Source: Raillietiella orientalis (taxonomy: Eukaryota). From it: DNA of 64,000 nt. The position numbers were made by a program, and so were the translations under genes. The notes beneath the pieces were generated by a model, which was not told where the DNA came from, did not search any database, and saw only the letters and a list, made by a program, of their open reading frames with translations. How positions within the stretch are numbered: the first letter of the stretch is position 1; each line of letters opens with the position of its first letter. Positions 1 through 13,329 of this stretch are shown here, piece after piece. The stretch spans positions 186,001-250,000 of the forward strand of contig JAYWIR010000069.1 of NCBI GenBank assembly GCA_036172245.1, in the 5' to 3' direction.

Positions 1-505
1 CCGTTCGAGAGGACAGCGACGGTGGACGCAACCCTCAAGATGAGAGGTGACCGGCGAGGTGGAAAATGACGTTGGGATGCAGGACGGCTGCGTCAACTCG
101 CTGATGCGCTGCCCTTCCCGGTGGACTTATCCTAGGAGCCGATCTCCTCGAAACCCTCCAAGAAGACGTGTGGACCCCCGAGACGTTTTTTGGAGAGTTC
201 CGTACTTTCTCTGTAAGACCCAGCGTTGCGCCTGTTGCATCGGGATGTTCCGTGCAGGGGCGCGCCGTGGCCGCGACCAGGGTGAAGTCCGGATTTGCAC
301 TGTATCCGGTGCGGAGAAAAGAGAAAACTTCCCTCATCTGTTATTCGAGTGTATCGCTCTTTGGTCCGCGAAGGAACTTTCCACTACGTCCCTGAAGTTC
401 CCAGAAGTCCCCCGAAGGCCGTGTTCAGATGCCTCTTCACGCATAGAGGAACGTCGCCTGCGGCAGTGGCGGTCGCAGCTTCTCACTGCGCCTATAGTGG
501 AGTGA
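1..505 (+). mobile_element. L1/Tx1-like non-LTR retrotransposon, ORF2 C-terminal (zf-RVT) fragment
   Basis: Frameshifted CxxC...E.FPHLLFEC motif (CIRCG / ENFPHLLFECIALWS), typical of the C-terminal zinc-binding region of L1/Tx1 ORF2. Bases 1-263 are nearly identical to 52827-53089. Confidence 0.7.
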
Positions 506-904
506 CAGCTTAGAAGCCAAGACGAGAAAGGCCAGAGGACCAGAAACGCCAGCTCTTCCGTCTTTAACCCGAGGATATCGAAGTTAGAAGCATCTGAAGG
601 AGGAACTTGTCGGCATCCTGCAGAGTGCGCCAGAAATGATCCCCTTTCTATATCCCCAAAACCTCCTGTTTCCTCATCTTCTCCTGTGCGCAACTCTGAC
701 GGCAAGCTGCTCTCTAGGTAGCACGGCCTCTAAGACCTGATCGGCATAGGGGGGTGTCGGTCCCACTGCGGAGGAAGGCTGGGTATGCGTGCCGGTCACT
801 CGGCAGGTTCCGAGCATTTTCTCACAATGTAGGGCCGATAACCCTATACATGTATGTTTATTTTTTATGATGAACGTCCCGGCGTGACTGGGTGATAAAC
901 CAAG

Positions 905-1990
905 CAGGCAGGCGCTTCCGGACAGTGCCGTCTTCGGACCCAGGACGCAGTTTCCTTGCCCTTGGAAGATTTCCAGGGTGGCCAGCGATGGCTGTCGAAG
1001 AGCTGCAGGCTTGCAGGTCGCTTCTAGTTCCTTCCTCCCATGGTCGCAGCCACTCCATGGGATTCCTGGAGAGGGGGTCGAGGTTCATGAGCCCTCTTCT
1101 CCGAACAGGCACCATCCACTGCAATTCCAGGATCTCGACGGAGAAAACCAGTGTCGTGTAGCGGTTTTCTTTGGTGGTTTTCACCACCACTGCCCCCGTT
1201 CCTTCCTCTGGGCGATGGCCATAGTCCTGGCACTCCTGCCCGATCTCCTTGAGAAAGAATATGTGCCTCAGGCAGGTTTCGTTGGCCAACGTCGTCGTCG
1301 GAGGCGCGCTCTACGAAGCAGCCCTCGTTGTTCTGGAGGGAGAGGAGGAAAGTATGCTGCTCAGAGGTCGCTGGTCTTTCCTCGTGCGCACCCGCAATAA
1401 CGCAGGACCGAAGATCTCGTAGAGCTCCTACGAGCTCTTCGATTTTCCTCCATCAGGACCGCGCCACGACTTGCTGCTTCCGGGTCCGTCCCCAGTCAAA
1501 CAGAGCGTCCTCGGAACTCCATCCGTTCCCGGAATCTCCGGCGGCCTCATCTAATGTTTCCGGCTGCTTTGCCAGGGTGGGTGGAGGGGAGAAGCTCTTC
1601 GGTTTTGTTTGGACCCGCCGCCGCGTAGTCGGTCCTGACGCGTGGATCCAAAAGGTCATGCCTCCGTCCTGCGGGCAGAACGGCGGGCGACCGCGGCAGG
1701 CGTCGGGCCACTCATGAAAATAGCGCGAACCTTCAAGCGATGGCTGCCAGTCTAGACAATTCTGGGGTCTCTGGTTCCCTTATCCATTCGGGGTTCGGTG
1801 GCGTTCTCTTGCAGAGTTCGACTCCTTATTCGTCGAAAGGGAGGAAGGGTGCTATCCTTCTTCAGGAAGGCGACCTGGCGACAAGAAGAGTCGCCCGGAG
1901 TGCGGTCTTCAGCGTGTACCTCAGCGCGCTGGATATGGTTGTCGAAGGTGTTCCGTGGGAACGGTGTAACAGAAAATAGACACCGATATA
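905..1990 (-). mobile_element. Mosaic of L1/Tx1-like fragments (RT thumb region, ORF1 C-terminus, start of endonuclease)
   Basis: Minus-strand translations include an APE-like ETCLRH...GTGAVVVK segment and a PEWIR segment also seen in the RT at 41460-42002. Heavily frameshifted. Confidence 0.5.
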
Positions 1991-3729
1991 CCCACCGCAC
2001 TACTTGTCGAACTGGAGAAGTGAATGGCAAGGCCGTTGCCTATGGAAACCTGATGGATGGATGCCTTACTCGCACTTGCTGTGTCGGTCTTCGAGGGTCG
2101 TTCTTTCTCCATCATTGCTTTCCACGTTCCATTCCGATTGGGGGCAGATGTTCCGCTGCTAGCGGTCCATCACTCCCCTTCAGGATGTCTTTGCGCCTTT
2201 CTGCTTGCCCCATCAGGGAGCACGAAAAGCTGCTACGGCAGCGGTGTTTCCCGCTGCCTAGGCAGGATGTTGGGTGAAGATTTCAACTGGCAAGAAGTGG
2301 ACCGCGGTCGCCTCGAGGACTGGCCAGCTCACGCGTTTCGAACGCAGCGCGGCCGCACACACGCAGTCTTCAGCACGCAAAGACACGGTATCCGCAATTT
2401 GGAATTTCGAGGGCCACTGATTTCTCTTGCGTAAGTTCTTCTGCACGCGGCACACAGCCAGAGGGCCTTCTGCCGAGCTGCACTGCAAAAGTGCTGCTGC
2501 TCCCGGTGAAAGGGGCAAATCGCATGAAGGACAGATTTCGTTTTTAAGCTCTCTCTGCAAAATGGCGAGGTTGGCGCACCTGGAACGCTTCCATCGGAGG
2601 CTGCTTGGGGCATCTCCTGCAAATGCTTCCTTTATGATGATGGTTTTGGCCGCCTTTCAGTCTCAGGGTAATGGCGCTTTGGGCAGCATGGGTGTGGGGC
2701 CATCACGTCCCCATGCTAAACGCAACATGGCAACGGTGGGGAGGAAATCGCGAATTGGCTCTTCCTGAATCCTTTCAGAGTATTAACGCTGCAGGGAAGT
2801 ACCACTTAATGGTGATCGACGGTCCAATATCGGAGGAGCGGATTCGCAGCTGCTCTCGTGTTAAAATTCTTCACGATGGACACTCAGTGCATCCCAACGT
2901 GTTCTGCCATCCTTCCAGAGGGCTTTGAGTGGTCTCGGAGGGAACCGTTGGAGAGGATTTTTGCGAAAAACGCCTTCCAAACGCACTGCTATTCCCTGCT
3001 TGGCCAACTTTCAAGTTGTGTTCGGAATTCCTTTTCCGCTCCCCATCGCTGTTCAGTGGCTGACAAAGACGTTGAGCTGAATTCAAATTATCTCCCTGCC
3101 TCGTATTCGCGTATTCCTCGCGCCAGTGAACACGAAAGTGTTGCCTTTTGTTTCACTCCGCCCAAACGGAGGAGTTTCGGCAGCTTATCGACACAACTCG
3201 CAGCTCCTGGAATTACGCAGCGGGCGAGACGCGGCAGCGAGCCGCAAATTGGGGAAGCAGTGGGATTCCTCGAGGCGCCGCGGGGAGTGCGTAGCACACG
3301 ACTTTCGGGTTTTGCCGTGTTAACAGTAGCCCCAGGGCTCAAGCTTCATTCCTGACCGGAGGATGCAGGAAATCCAGGACTTATAAAAGCCTTGGACTTT
3401 TGGCTTCTGACCGTAGTAGGTGGGTGCTCAGCTGTGCGTGGTGGGCTCCAGCAGTCCGGGTGCAGGTGCCATGAGTCCGTGCAAGTACCCTCTGTGCTCC
3501 GGATGTGCGTGGGTGTCAGTTTGTGGTGACCGCTGCAGGTAAAAAGGTTCAGCGATCTTTTTCTGAAAATCTGACGTGTCGATGGAAATCATGGCACCTG
3601 CAGGCAGCCTCCAGCCACTCTTGTTGCTCGGGCGGCGATCTCGGGGAAATTCTGTTTGATGCTGGGCGTCACGTTGCGAATGTCTCTCTGTGTTTATTCG
3701 AGTTCCCTCTTCGGCGTGGATTTGTAGCC

Positions 3730-4045
3730 TGAACTGTATTCTCGAGGGAAGGAGATGGAAGAAGCCTCATTGATACAGGGGGAAACTTCAATGATCTGCG
3801 ACGCTAAGCAAGTTGATGTGGCGCTTTCCGGGATCGGGAGGGAGATCCCGGCTCCAGGACTTAACGGGGTTCTTGGAATTCAACGGCATATTGTAATGCC
3901 TATTTATTTGTAATATTCTGGAGCGTCGAAGGCTTGAAAGAGCAACTGGGATAAGCATGTGTACAGAATGTCTTCTGCCCTGCCTCATTTGGCAGCTGTA
4001 CATTTCTATGTTTTGCTTCATCCACTTCATTGATAATACAGCCAT
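3730..4045 (-). pseudogene. Possible N-terminal fragment of a Mononegavirales-type L polymerase (endogenous viral element)
   Basis: RILQINRHYNMPLN resembles the N-terminal H(L/Y)(N/D)SP(L/I) motif of L proteins. It lies directly downstream of the glycoprotein-like gene, after a CTTAAAAAA run (minus strand, about 4094-4102). The call rests on one short motif. Confidence 0.35.
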
Positions 4046-4099
4046 GACACGAGGAGTGGTATTGAGGAAGCGCCTTCTTTAAGAATGGCTCCCTTTTTT

Positions 4100-5730
4100 A
4101 AGGGACTGGATGTTTTCCATGGTTACAAAACTGCAGCATTACTGCTACTGAAATTGTAAAATGCCTGCTGGGACCTCAGACTTGCAGGAAATCCAGTTGT
4201 AATCCAGGTGTTCAGCTCAATGTAGGTGTCCGGTGCTACAGATTAGAATTTGCAACACTGTGGGGAATTCCCAGCGCTGTTTACTCTTTCATTTCGAATT
4301 ATGCGACCGTCTCTGGTAGGATTGGGTGTGGCTTCTTGCTTCGCATCTCACGTACAAAATGGGAACACGTGAGAACTCACGCTGTACGTAAGTGGAAGCT
4401 GCAGTGTAAATCACGGGAAGACGATTGGGGACGTTCGTGATATTCATGATTTCTGCTTAAGCAGCTGTTAGGTCTCTTTGCTTTCTCTTTGACATCAATT
4501 AGCCTCGGCGCCTCATTTCCTGTTTTCCCTATTTTGGAATGCAATAGGTCGCCGTAGTACGGTCGCCATTCTTCGTGTCGCATCCATGTTGCATCGCAAT
4601 TCGTATGATCAGCACAAATGTTTCCCTACTGTGGAAATGTCCACACCGAAAAAACTTGGGCCGAAAACTGGTCCAAAAGTTTTCTTCTTCTTAGGATTTT
4701 TCCACAGTACATAAGTTTTGTTTCCCAATTTCCCTGTATAATCAGGGCGTAAGTCCGGCCCACCTTTTGCTTGGTCCACGAGGACCGCCTCAGAATCCAG
4801 AACTGGACAGTTGTGAGCATGGAGTATCTCAGGGTGTTCGATCCCCATGAGGTCTTTCCCAAGGAGAGCATCATGGCGGTTGCTCGAAATCCTTGTTTTT
4901 CTGAGTCCCGGAAGAGCTTGCCAGTCCTGCAGCTGCTCCGCAATGCTGCATCCCCGTACGAGTACCAGGGCATTCATAATTTTTTTTCGAAAGGAGTTTA
5001 GCTTGTTCTTCAATTGCAAGACTCTTTTTTTAGCTGAATTTTTTATTTTCAAGACTTCATCATTAATGCCGTCACCTATTGAAGGAGGCTTCGCTTGGGG
5101 CGATTGAGCATTGGTTTGATAGAGTGCGACCAAGGTTTGTCCGCTCAATTGAGAATACTGCAGGGCCATTGTTTTGTGGGTTTTGCGTATTTTCTGAGGT
5201 GTTTCATGCATACCTGCGGAAGCTGCATTTTTCTCTGCTATTCACTTGCTTTGGCGGGAACGTTTGCTATCGGAACTAGGTGGACTTTTTTCTGGCACGT
5301 AATCCACCATTTTCAAAAGGAAAAGCGTTCCCGTGGCACTGTACGTGATTTTTCGGTGCTGGGTTCCATCCTGGCAGCTCCCACGATGCAGCATTTGTAG
5401 CAGCGACAAATCTCTTCATGAGATCTGGGTGTGATCCACCAAATGGATCACAGACTGCGTTGTTTGCTTTCCTACTGCAGACCTACTGGAGCGTTTTGTA
5501 AGTGGAACCTTGTGCACCTTGTGTGAAGAGTATTGCACTTCTGATCTGGGTGGAAATGAACTGCATATCATCCATCCGTGTAGTACTTGATCTGTGTAAT
5601 ACTTGAAATTTGAACAGATATTCAAATTAGCAGGGTTTATTTTTTGCTATTTTCTTGACAGGGAAGGTCATACGGCGCACTGAATGCTGCATCACAGATC
5701 TGAATGTCTGATATGAGTTTTCCTCTGTGG
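4100..5730 (-). pseudogene. Degenerate class III viral fusion glycoprotein (herpes gB / chuvirus / nyami-arto-lispi-like G), endogenous viral element
   Basis: ORF 4609-5211 reads NKLNSFRKKIMNALVLVRGC...DALLGKDLMGIEHPEILHAHNCPV...GNKTYVL. This matches the recalled pattern of gB-like arthropod virus G proteins (central helix, then L...GEV(I/V)HxxxCxPV and GNxTxxL). The N-terminal part is Cys-rich (IQICDAAFSAPYDLPC). Composition is lower in GC than the flanking LINEs, with multiple stops and frameshifts. Confidence 0.55.
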
Positions 5731-8700
5731 AGGTGTGAAGTGGGGGGGAGGCCTCGTATATCTGCTTTGGACAAAACGTGTCCCAACTGGTACGCGATTG
5801 TGATTAGGGTTGAGGAATCAGCCTCGGGAAAGACCTTCCTTGTATCACCTCTTACATGGAATACGGGTATCTGCTTGTCTTGTGCCCAAAGGCGATGCCA
5901 TCCAAAGGCGGGAGGGTCAGAATAAACTCGATCATTAGCATCGAGTATAGCAATCCCCCTCATTCGGGGAATCTATGCTATCAGAAACACTCATCCTCGG
6001 TACGCAAGGTCAACAGTAAATTGTATTAAAGTGTTCGTAAGAACTCCTGTAAGACTTTGCATTTCCGATGTTTTGGCTGCTACGACTGCTCGAGAGGAGT
6101 GTAGTTGGCTGTAACTACGTTGGTTCAATCCCTAGCTGGTGCTTCCAGTTTGCCGCTTCCGAGAAGAGCAAACAGCACCGCGTCCTGTCATCCCGTGAAC
6201 TGGGGTCTGCCATGCACTGTCGCCAGCAGCTCATGCTCTGCCGGGCTACGTCGCCGTCTAAGCGGTCCACAATTGGTTCGTCAAAACTGAGATGGTGCCC
6301 TGGACAACATCTGGAACTTGCCTACACACAGCCAGTGCACCATTGGACTATACTGGCGTGGCCGGGAGTTTGTCTTCGTTAAGGCTTAATCCTCTTTCGG
6401 TGCACACCTTAATCACAGAGAACATCGTTTTCACTTGTGTGCAATTGTAGGGTGAAGTTTCTGTAGGATGGGCACAACGGAGTTGCCCCCCACCTTCGTT
6501 AAGGATTAATCCTCGGAATATTTTGACGGTGGCACTGTAGACTTCGTGCACAGAATAGCTGGATCATCTGTGCCTCGGCAATCTCATGTACCCATGCGGC
6601 GCCGATCCGCGTTAGTACCCGGCGCCACAAAGCGTGCCCGGGAGTTTCCTCCAAGAGGGAAGCTTCCGTTTGCTTTAAATACTCTTACTCTTTCGGTGCA
6701 CAGCTTGATGGTCAGGGCCCCTCCTGCTAAATTGTAGGATGCCTACAATTCTACTCTTTTTCACATTTCTCACGATAGTTTGCCTGGTCCGCCTGGGCGC
6801 TGTCTCGGGGCGACGGGACCACGAGATTTGCGTCTGCAGAGCATTCTGGATGAGCGACTTTCAGGTCGTCCAATCGGAAAACTTGCGGCCATCTCCTCGA
6901 ATAACCTTTTCCGGTCCATGCGCCCCTCAGTATCAAATGTCAATGTCATGTCAAAACTGCTCCAATTCCTTCCTCGGTTCCACTCCCTCTGGCTTCGATA
7001 CCAGCACCTTCCTTTGGAAATTGTAGCGCTGTTCCACGAATAGTGATTTTCTTGGGAAACCACTAATTTCTCGTATATGCCCATATATGTTCCAATGAAT
7101 TGCATTTGGTGAGGAACTGTTGCACCTTCAGGATATATGCCCTGACCTGATCAGTCTGCACCCAGCAGGACTACCTTTGCTGCTTGTTCGATCTCTCCAT
7201 TGTGTCCGAGACATTTGTCAATAACAGCCTCAGAGAAGTCCATTTTCAGTAGAGGTTCCTTTAGGAAATTCACAGCCGATAGAGGCTAATACTCAGTACA
7301 CTCAGTACACTTTCTCACTTAATACTGAGGGTTTTGCCTAATTTGTCCATTGCTTCCTTGCTATGTTGAGAATCATCTGGTAGCATCTGGTAGATCGAAA
7401 ATCGACTGGGCCGTGGTTCCTTGATGCCTTTCTTGCTGCCCTCTATGACCAGGAAAACCGGTCCACGACCTGCTCGAATGGAAATGAGCGGATCAGCTCC
7501 CCGTGTTTTATAGTGATGCAGCTCTCAGAGTAATCTTTTCCACTCTTCCACAAGAAGAGACGCAACTCCCACGCACGCGTCCAAGGCGGACAATTTGCAG
7601 GCAGCCTTACGGCTGACTCGATTTCATGTAGGGTGCCACCGTGCAGCCGCAGGTGCCACCTGGTCGTAGGAATTTTGTGTTTCCTTCCATGGGTAGAAGT
7701 TGATGTTCTCCATGTGCTTTCCCTTAGATCTTGGGCCACTCGCAATAGACATGTCATGGGAGGCAGATGTCTCCTAAGTGTTCTTCGTTCGGGTTTCGCC
7801 TTCTTTGGGTTCACTAAGCATTTTTATATTTTTATATCTTTGTTTCGGCAGACCTCCAGGATCCCTTAATTGAGAAATTTCTTGATGCTCTTGCGTTGTT
7901 TCCTAGGAACGGGCCGATGCAGAATCTTCCACAGAATCGGCCACAGGCTGGGCATGTGCTGCCCTGACCAATCTCTGTTGCTTTTCGAATCTTTGAATCC
8001 CGAGCTGTCAGGTTATGCTTCACAAGTAGCGCGTGGCGTCCTTCATAACTGTGGGCTCACCTGTTTATTTAGAAGTATTAGGAGCCATGAATGTTTTCAC
8101 AATTTGTCTAGATACTTTTGTATGTCTGCTGTCTTCCTCCTCTAAAAGGAGTGCTTGGGCGATCCCGAAGAGTGATCGGAAGATCGGGAGGGAGACAGCA
8201 GTTAGTGGTGTTGGGTCACATTGCCCGCTTCGGTTGCCATTGCACGTCTTCAGATGCAATTTTGCCTTCAGGTCTTAGAGACCCATTTTCCTCGGGGCTT
8301 GTGACCTCGGGGCTGCACTCCAGTTGGAGCCGATATACCCGCCCTTGGGGCCGACTAGAGCGTGACGTTCCGTGATGCCATCCACTCTGCGGGTATGTGT
8401 TATATACAAGTGATGGCTCTGCCGTGTTCTCTCGCTTATTCTCTGGTCACAATATAGGTGAACTATATTGAGACCTATATTGAGATTGGGAGGGCCACAC
8501 TATATAATCTATTGGCAGAAGTCGCCCTGTATCTGGGCTGCGTCCAAGCAGCCCATTTCTCCATCTTCTATTAATTGATTGCCCAATGATATTGCGCAAT
8601 CACCAAAAAAACCATCAATATCGGTCCTCCTCCCCGCCCAGATCTGTCATGATCTGATAATTCCAATCCATTCCGATCTTATTCAGTGGCTTGTATACGA

Positions 8701-9300
8701 TGGGATGGTTGTCTTACAGTGGTCCAGCCACTGGTTCGGGAGAATTTCCCAGCTGCGCCAGCTGATAGGAATGTGAAGGATTATTTGACGGATACATCAG
8801 GGGATGTCAGCTTCCCTTTGAAGGAATGCTGTATCCAAGATCTTATAAGGAGCTCTGGAAATTGAAATGTTTGAGATGGCACCGCCGCACAAACTTCCCA
8901 ACTTTCTCTCTCCCACGCTTGGCAGGATTAACTAAGAGCACAGCTCATAAAGTGATGTAGCCTTAGTTTCATTTCTTCTTCCTTGTTCGTCAGCAATACT
9001 ACAACATACTCCAGGAGAGCCATAATTCTCCCTCATGAGGGGCTCCTCGCCTGGGGAAAAACGACCCTGCAGCTGAATATATGATACCATGGCTGATGGC
9101 GCCAAATACGTTTCTCAGGCCCACGAGGACAGTTCTCCCAGGCTCGTCTTGCGTGGTCCAACGTTGTCTGCAGCGCGAAATTGTGATCCAAGACGCCATC
9201 AAATGGAAGAAGATAGGCAGATAGGCGTTGTTTTCCAGGATCCAGTCACGTAGTCGTGATGGCATAGAGCCTGTAACTGGCGTTGCCAATGGATATCGAC
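5730..9300 (-). other. Degenerate ORFs upstream of G, tentatively the N/P/M-equivalent part of the same endogenous virus
   Basis: Contiguous non-TE sequence of similar composition, with broken co-oriented minus-strand frames (5637-5963, 6348-6551, 6770-7105, 7443-7814, 8999-9289). I recognise no diagnostic motif, so the assignment is by position only. Confidence 0.35.
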
Positions 9301-11459
9301 CCCCCTGGACCTTAACCTGCTCTGGGGCTGAATGCTCCTGGCTGTGTTCGTCTAGTAAGCTGAAAGACCCGGGTTGCCAGGCCTGCCTCTCAGCCCCAGC
9401 TTTGCCTCCAGGCCCGGTTTGAAACAGCGGGCCTGGAGGAAGACTCGGACCTTAAAACCCGGCTATTCTCCGGGTTTAGTCCTGCAGGATACCCATCGTG
9501 GGAAAGTTTCTTACGGTCCCGTACTCCCGTCATACTCCTTCCCGTTTCGATACGCTCGAGAACGATTTTCATTTGTTTTTTTCTAAAGGGAAAGAAAACG
9601 GGCTAAATAGTTCTGCCAAGAGTATTATTCTTGAATCGGTCTGCGTGGGGAATCAACTGGAAGTCTCCAACCTGCCCCTCAACACCGACTGGGATGGAGA
9701 GACAGACCCCTTCGCGCCAATTCGACAGGTGGGGCAGTTGCATGTTGGCTCCTAAGATCAGGCATGTTTGTTGAAGATGATGCACGCATCTTCATTGGAT
9801 CCTGTCATCCACACCACAGCGTTCTTCCCGATTTCATTCTTACCCCAGTTCTGACTGGTAGTACGTAGTACGAGTCATGCCGCGTGGATGGGTTTGTAGT
9901 CCTGGAGTCCGAAACGGCTTCCATTAGTATGAGCAAAATTCCTTTCCATGTGGCTGTTGAAGACACCGCCGACCGTTATTTTGGATTTTCTCTCTTGGAG
10001 CTTTCGTCTTTGGCGAACGACGTACTTGCCGCCTCGTGTGATTGCCAGTGCGGGGAGGCAGGGACGCTTTCTCAACTCTTCGCCTGACTTCCTCATTTAT
10101 ATGTGCCTCTTCCTTCCGGTTGATAATCCTGCAGCTGCGCCAGCTGCTGGGGCGCAGATGCGCGACATCCCTCTCGCTTCCGGAAGAGGGTAGGGTCTAT
10201 TGGCGCTTCCTTTCCGGAGCTGGTTCTGCTGTTGATTGCTGGCCGCACACCTCTTCGCCGTCCACCCTCACGGGATGGCCCGCGTGACCTCGGAAATCAT
10301 TCCACCACACGAGTGGATGACGAGCTAGTTGAAAACGGCTCCGGTGTGAACGATTGTTAGGGAACAGGCCAGGAGCAGCGCCGGAGGCTCCGATATTCTT
10401 CGTTCGCTTCTGGAGACCAGTGTCTGCCCAGTTTCATATCCATCCCGTCCTTTGCAAATTGGGTGGACCGGTGAAAGCTCCTGGGCTCCCTGATTGGGAT
10501 CGGGACGCCCTTCCGCTAATAGGACGAGATGAGAGGAGCCCCGCTCGATGTTCGAAGCACGAAGGGAATCGGCAGTGGAAGGTTAGACGGGGTTCTCCTC
10601 TCGTCCGGGACGTTCTGGGACAGATTTTATTACATTGTTATTAATACTAATTAATTTTTAATGCTTACTTGGTAATTTACTTGGTAAGATTGGCCACTGC
10701 CCACTTTCCCTATAGTGCATAATCCGTGGTCATCCCTTGCGGATTTTTCCAAAGCAATCCATTAGGCTTCCTTTGGATTGCGAGCATCATCGGGGGGATG
10801 GCCCATCGGTGCGTCCAGCAGACATCCCGGCTAGCCCGCACCACCTAAGATGCCATCATCTCTTCATCCTGTCAACATTACGGCATACGGCCGCCGGCTT
10901 GCCGAGTCCGTGGCAAGCCAAAGTCCCTCCGTCGCCTGTAAAGATGTTAGCAAATCGGCGGCGACACTGCCGATTGCCGGCAGTTCATGGGCTTCGAGCC
11001 TCCAGTTCTTCCGGTGTTGCTCTTATCCCCACATCCCATCCGGTCCCCAGTCAAGAGCGGATGACTCGTTTGGGTACAGGGTGAGTAGCCCGGTATGACT
11101 TCTTTCGGGGTTTCTCTATCTTATATACTCTTTGAATTTCCTTCCAGGGAATCTGTTTCCAGAATCTTCGTATGAACTTTTGGGGGGTTTTGAGGACATT
11201 TCGTAGACTGACATAGTCACATCACTCTAGATTTGGAGGAACGATCGTTCAGTTTTACACTTACTGCCATTCTGAGCTTACCCTAGAGAATCCTTGATTT
11301 CAGACATCAATTCCGATCTACTTTCCATTCCGTCCTTTATCAACTTCGTGTCCAGCAGGCATTCTTCCCGTTCTTCGGTGCTCGTGCTTTTCCCGTTGCT
11401 ATGCTGCTCATCTTCCATGTGTAGATCTTGTTCCTCGGCTGGCCCATTCTGTGGATCCC

Positions 11460-12017
11460 TTATACAGCAGGATACACGCTGCTTTCTTTTTCCCGTTCTC
11501 TTCTAATTCCTAGTAGTCGTAGTACGGTGTCGTTTCTGAGACCCCACGATCCTAAGGCTCCCACCATGAAAACTTTCGTGATGACAGTTTTGCCGGACTG
11601 GTTGACGCTGAAGATTATAGAGTTGATATTTTTCTTCCTTTTTTCTTCTAGCTTGAGTAAATGTATTTTCCTTGCCTTCGAATGGGTAAGTAATGATCCA
11701 CTTTCAATGCTTTTCGGAGACAGACTCCGAGCATCCGTCGGTCTACTGATACTAGCTTGCATCCTCCTACCTTTGTGGCAACATCTTGCTGTTTCAGCAC
11801 GATTGCATTGTATCGAGAAGTGCAATACGTAGTGATTCAATATGTGCGGTAGTGCATCACAGCTGCACCTTCGGCATATGCCATCGGCTGGTAATCTTCT
11901 TGCTGCTCCTCTTATGGGTAGGAAGTTTAGCCTTGCGGCGTCCACACCACGGCGTTCCCTTGATCCAATGCTGCGCATGGCTTTCGCTTGGGGTGATTTT
12001 CTATTAAAGAAAGCCAC
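11460..12017 (-). mobile_element. RLE-type (NeSL/Utopia-like) non-LTR retrotransposon, C-terminal zinc knuckle plus restriction-like endonuclease fragment
   Basis: ARLNFLP...CRRC...LPHILNH (CCHC knuckle) and FMVGALGSWGLRND.VLRLLGI, the characteristic C-terminal motif of NeSL/Utopia proteins. Confidence 0.8.
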
Positions 12018-13329
12018 ATCGTTCCTCGTTGGATGGAGTCGTCAGATCAGGGTTTTCTCTGAGAGATGACTCTGGTTGGCCTCTTCGGGTGCGGCGCAGC
12101 CGAAGAGGTCCGGAAACCCTTAGATGTCCTCTCTGACCGACGGGGTCCCAAACAGCGCTCTCGAAACAGCTCCCCGGATCGAAAGAAGCAACACGAAACT
12201 AATGAGTTTCGTGTTGCTTATTAGCATTCTCTTTCATTAAAGAACCTGAGCCCTCGTCTGATGCGGTGAAAGAAAAAGGCTGAAAAAGAAAAGTGATCTT
12301 ACGGCTGCTCCTCTTGCACGCATCCGAGGAAAAAGTGTCTTTTTTGACGCGGAAGAGCGAGCCGCGGGACATCGAGAAGCCGCGAAGGCAGTAGGGCACC
12401 TACGCTATTTTCATACTCCCGTTAGTAACACACACATATACTTAACCCTAATGTTAGTAAAAACACTGAATACACAAATGAGAAAGCGTCCGAAGAAGGG
12501 CGCTGGGGTAAGCGCTAGGCAGAAATTCCCCTAAACCCTGAGTATGTCTGCGCTTCGGATGTTACTGTACGTGCATGTCTGTCCACTATCCTTCTCAGGT
12601 TAACGGAGAGGCTCTCCACTCTCCTAAGAGCCAACCTGCAAACACAGCTCGACTCATCCGTTTCAATGCCGTTCTTACTACGGGGGATGCCTTGATCCAC
12701 TTTACCCAATCTTCTCCCTGTACGAGCGATCGATGAAATATGCCTCGAATCATCGCCGGAATGCTATCTACCACAGATCCGATCGGTCTGCCACAGATCG
12801 GATAGCATTGAGGCTGAGTAGGTCTACTAGTGGAGTAGGGCTCAACTCCGCTCTCCCTAAGCTCCCAACTCTAAAGGCTTACAATCGCTTGAAGTCCTTC
12901 CACCCGGCGGGGGAAAGTGTAACCTCACTCTTCTCTAGTCTACTTTCCCAGCTTGGGAACTAAATCTTTTCTTCTCCTTCGATATGTTCAGCTTCCTCCA
13001 GGCCCCATCCCACGTCCCATACTACTACGAGTACCCAATCCACATCCTCCAAGGGCGTTGGGAGTTGGAGCAAAGCCTACGGCATCAGCCTCGCTCACGC
13101 CCAGTTGTTGACAATCTTCCAGAAATAGGCTTGCTCATTCTGCCCCAACATTCCCCGGAGTGTAGCCAAATGCCACATCTGTAAGATGGGGTTCCTAAAC
13201 CTCAGGGCGACCCGGCTTCTCACATTGTAACCCGTAACCCCAAAAGGCTCGTAGCTATGCCGGAGGAACTCAGCTCGACCACGGCTGATGAAAGCTTTCG
13301 AGGGGTGAAGCTCGTAACCTAGTTATCCT

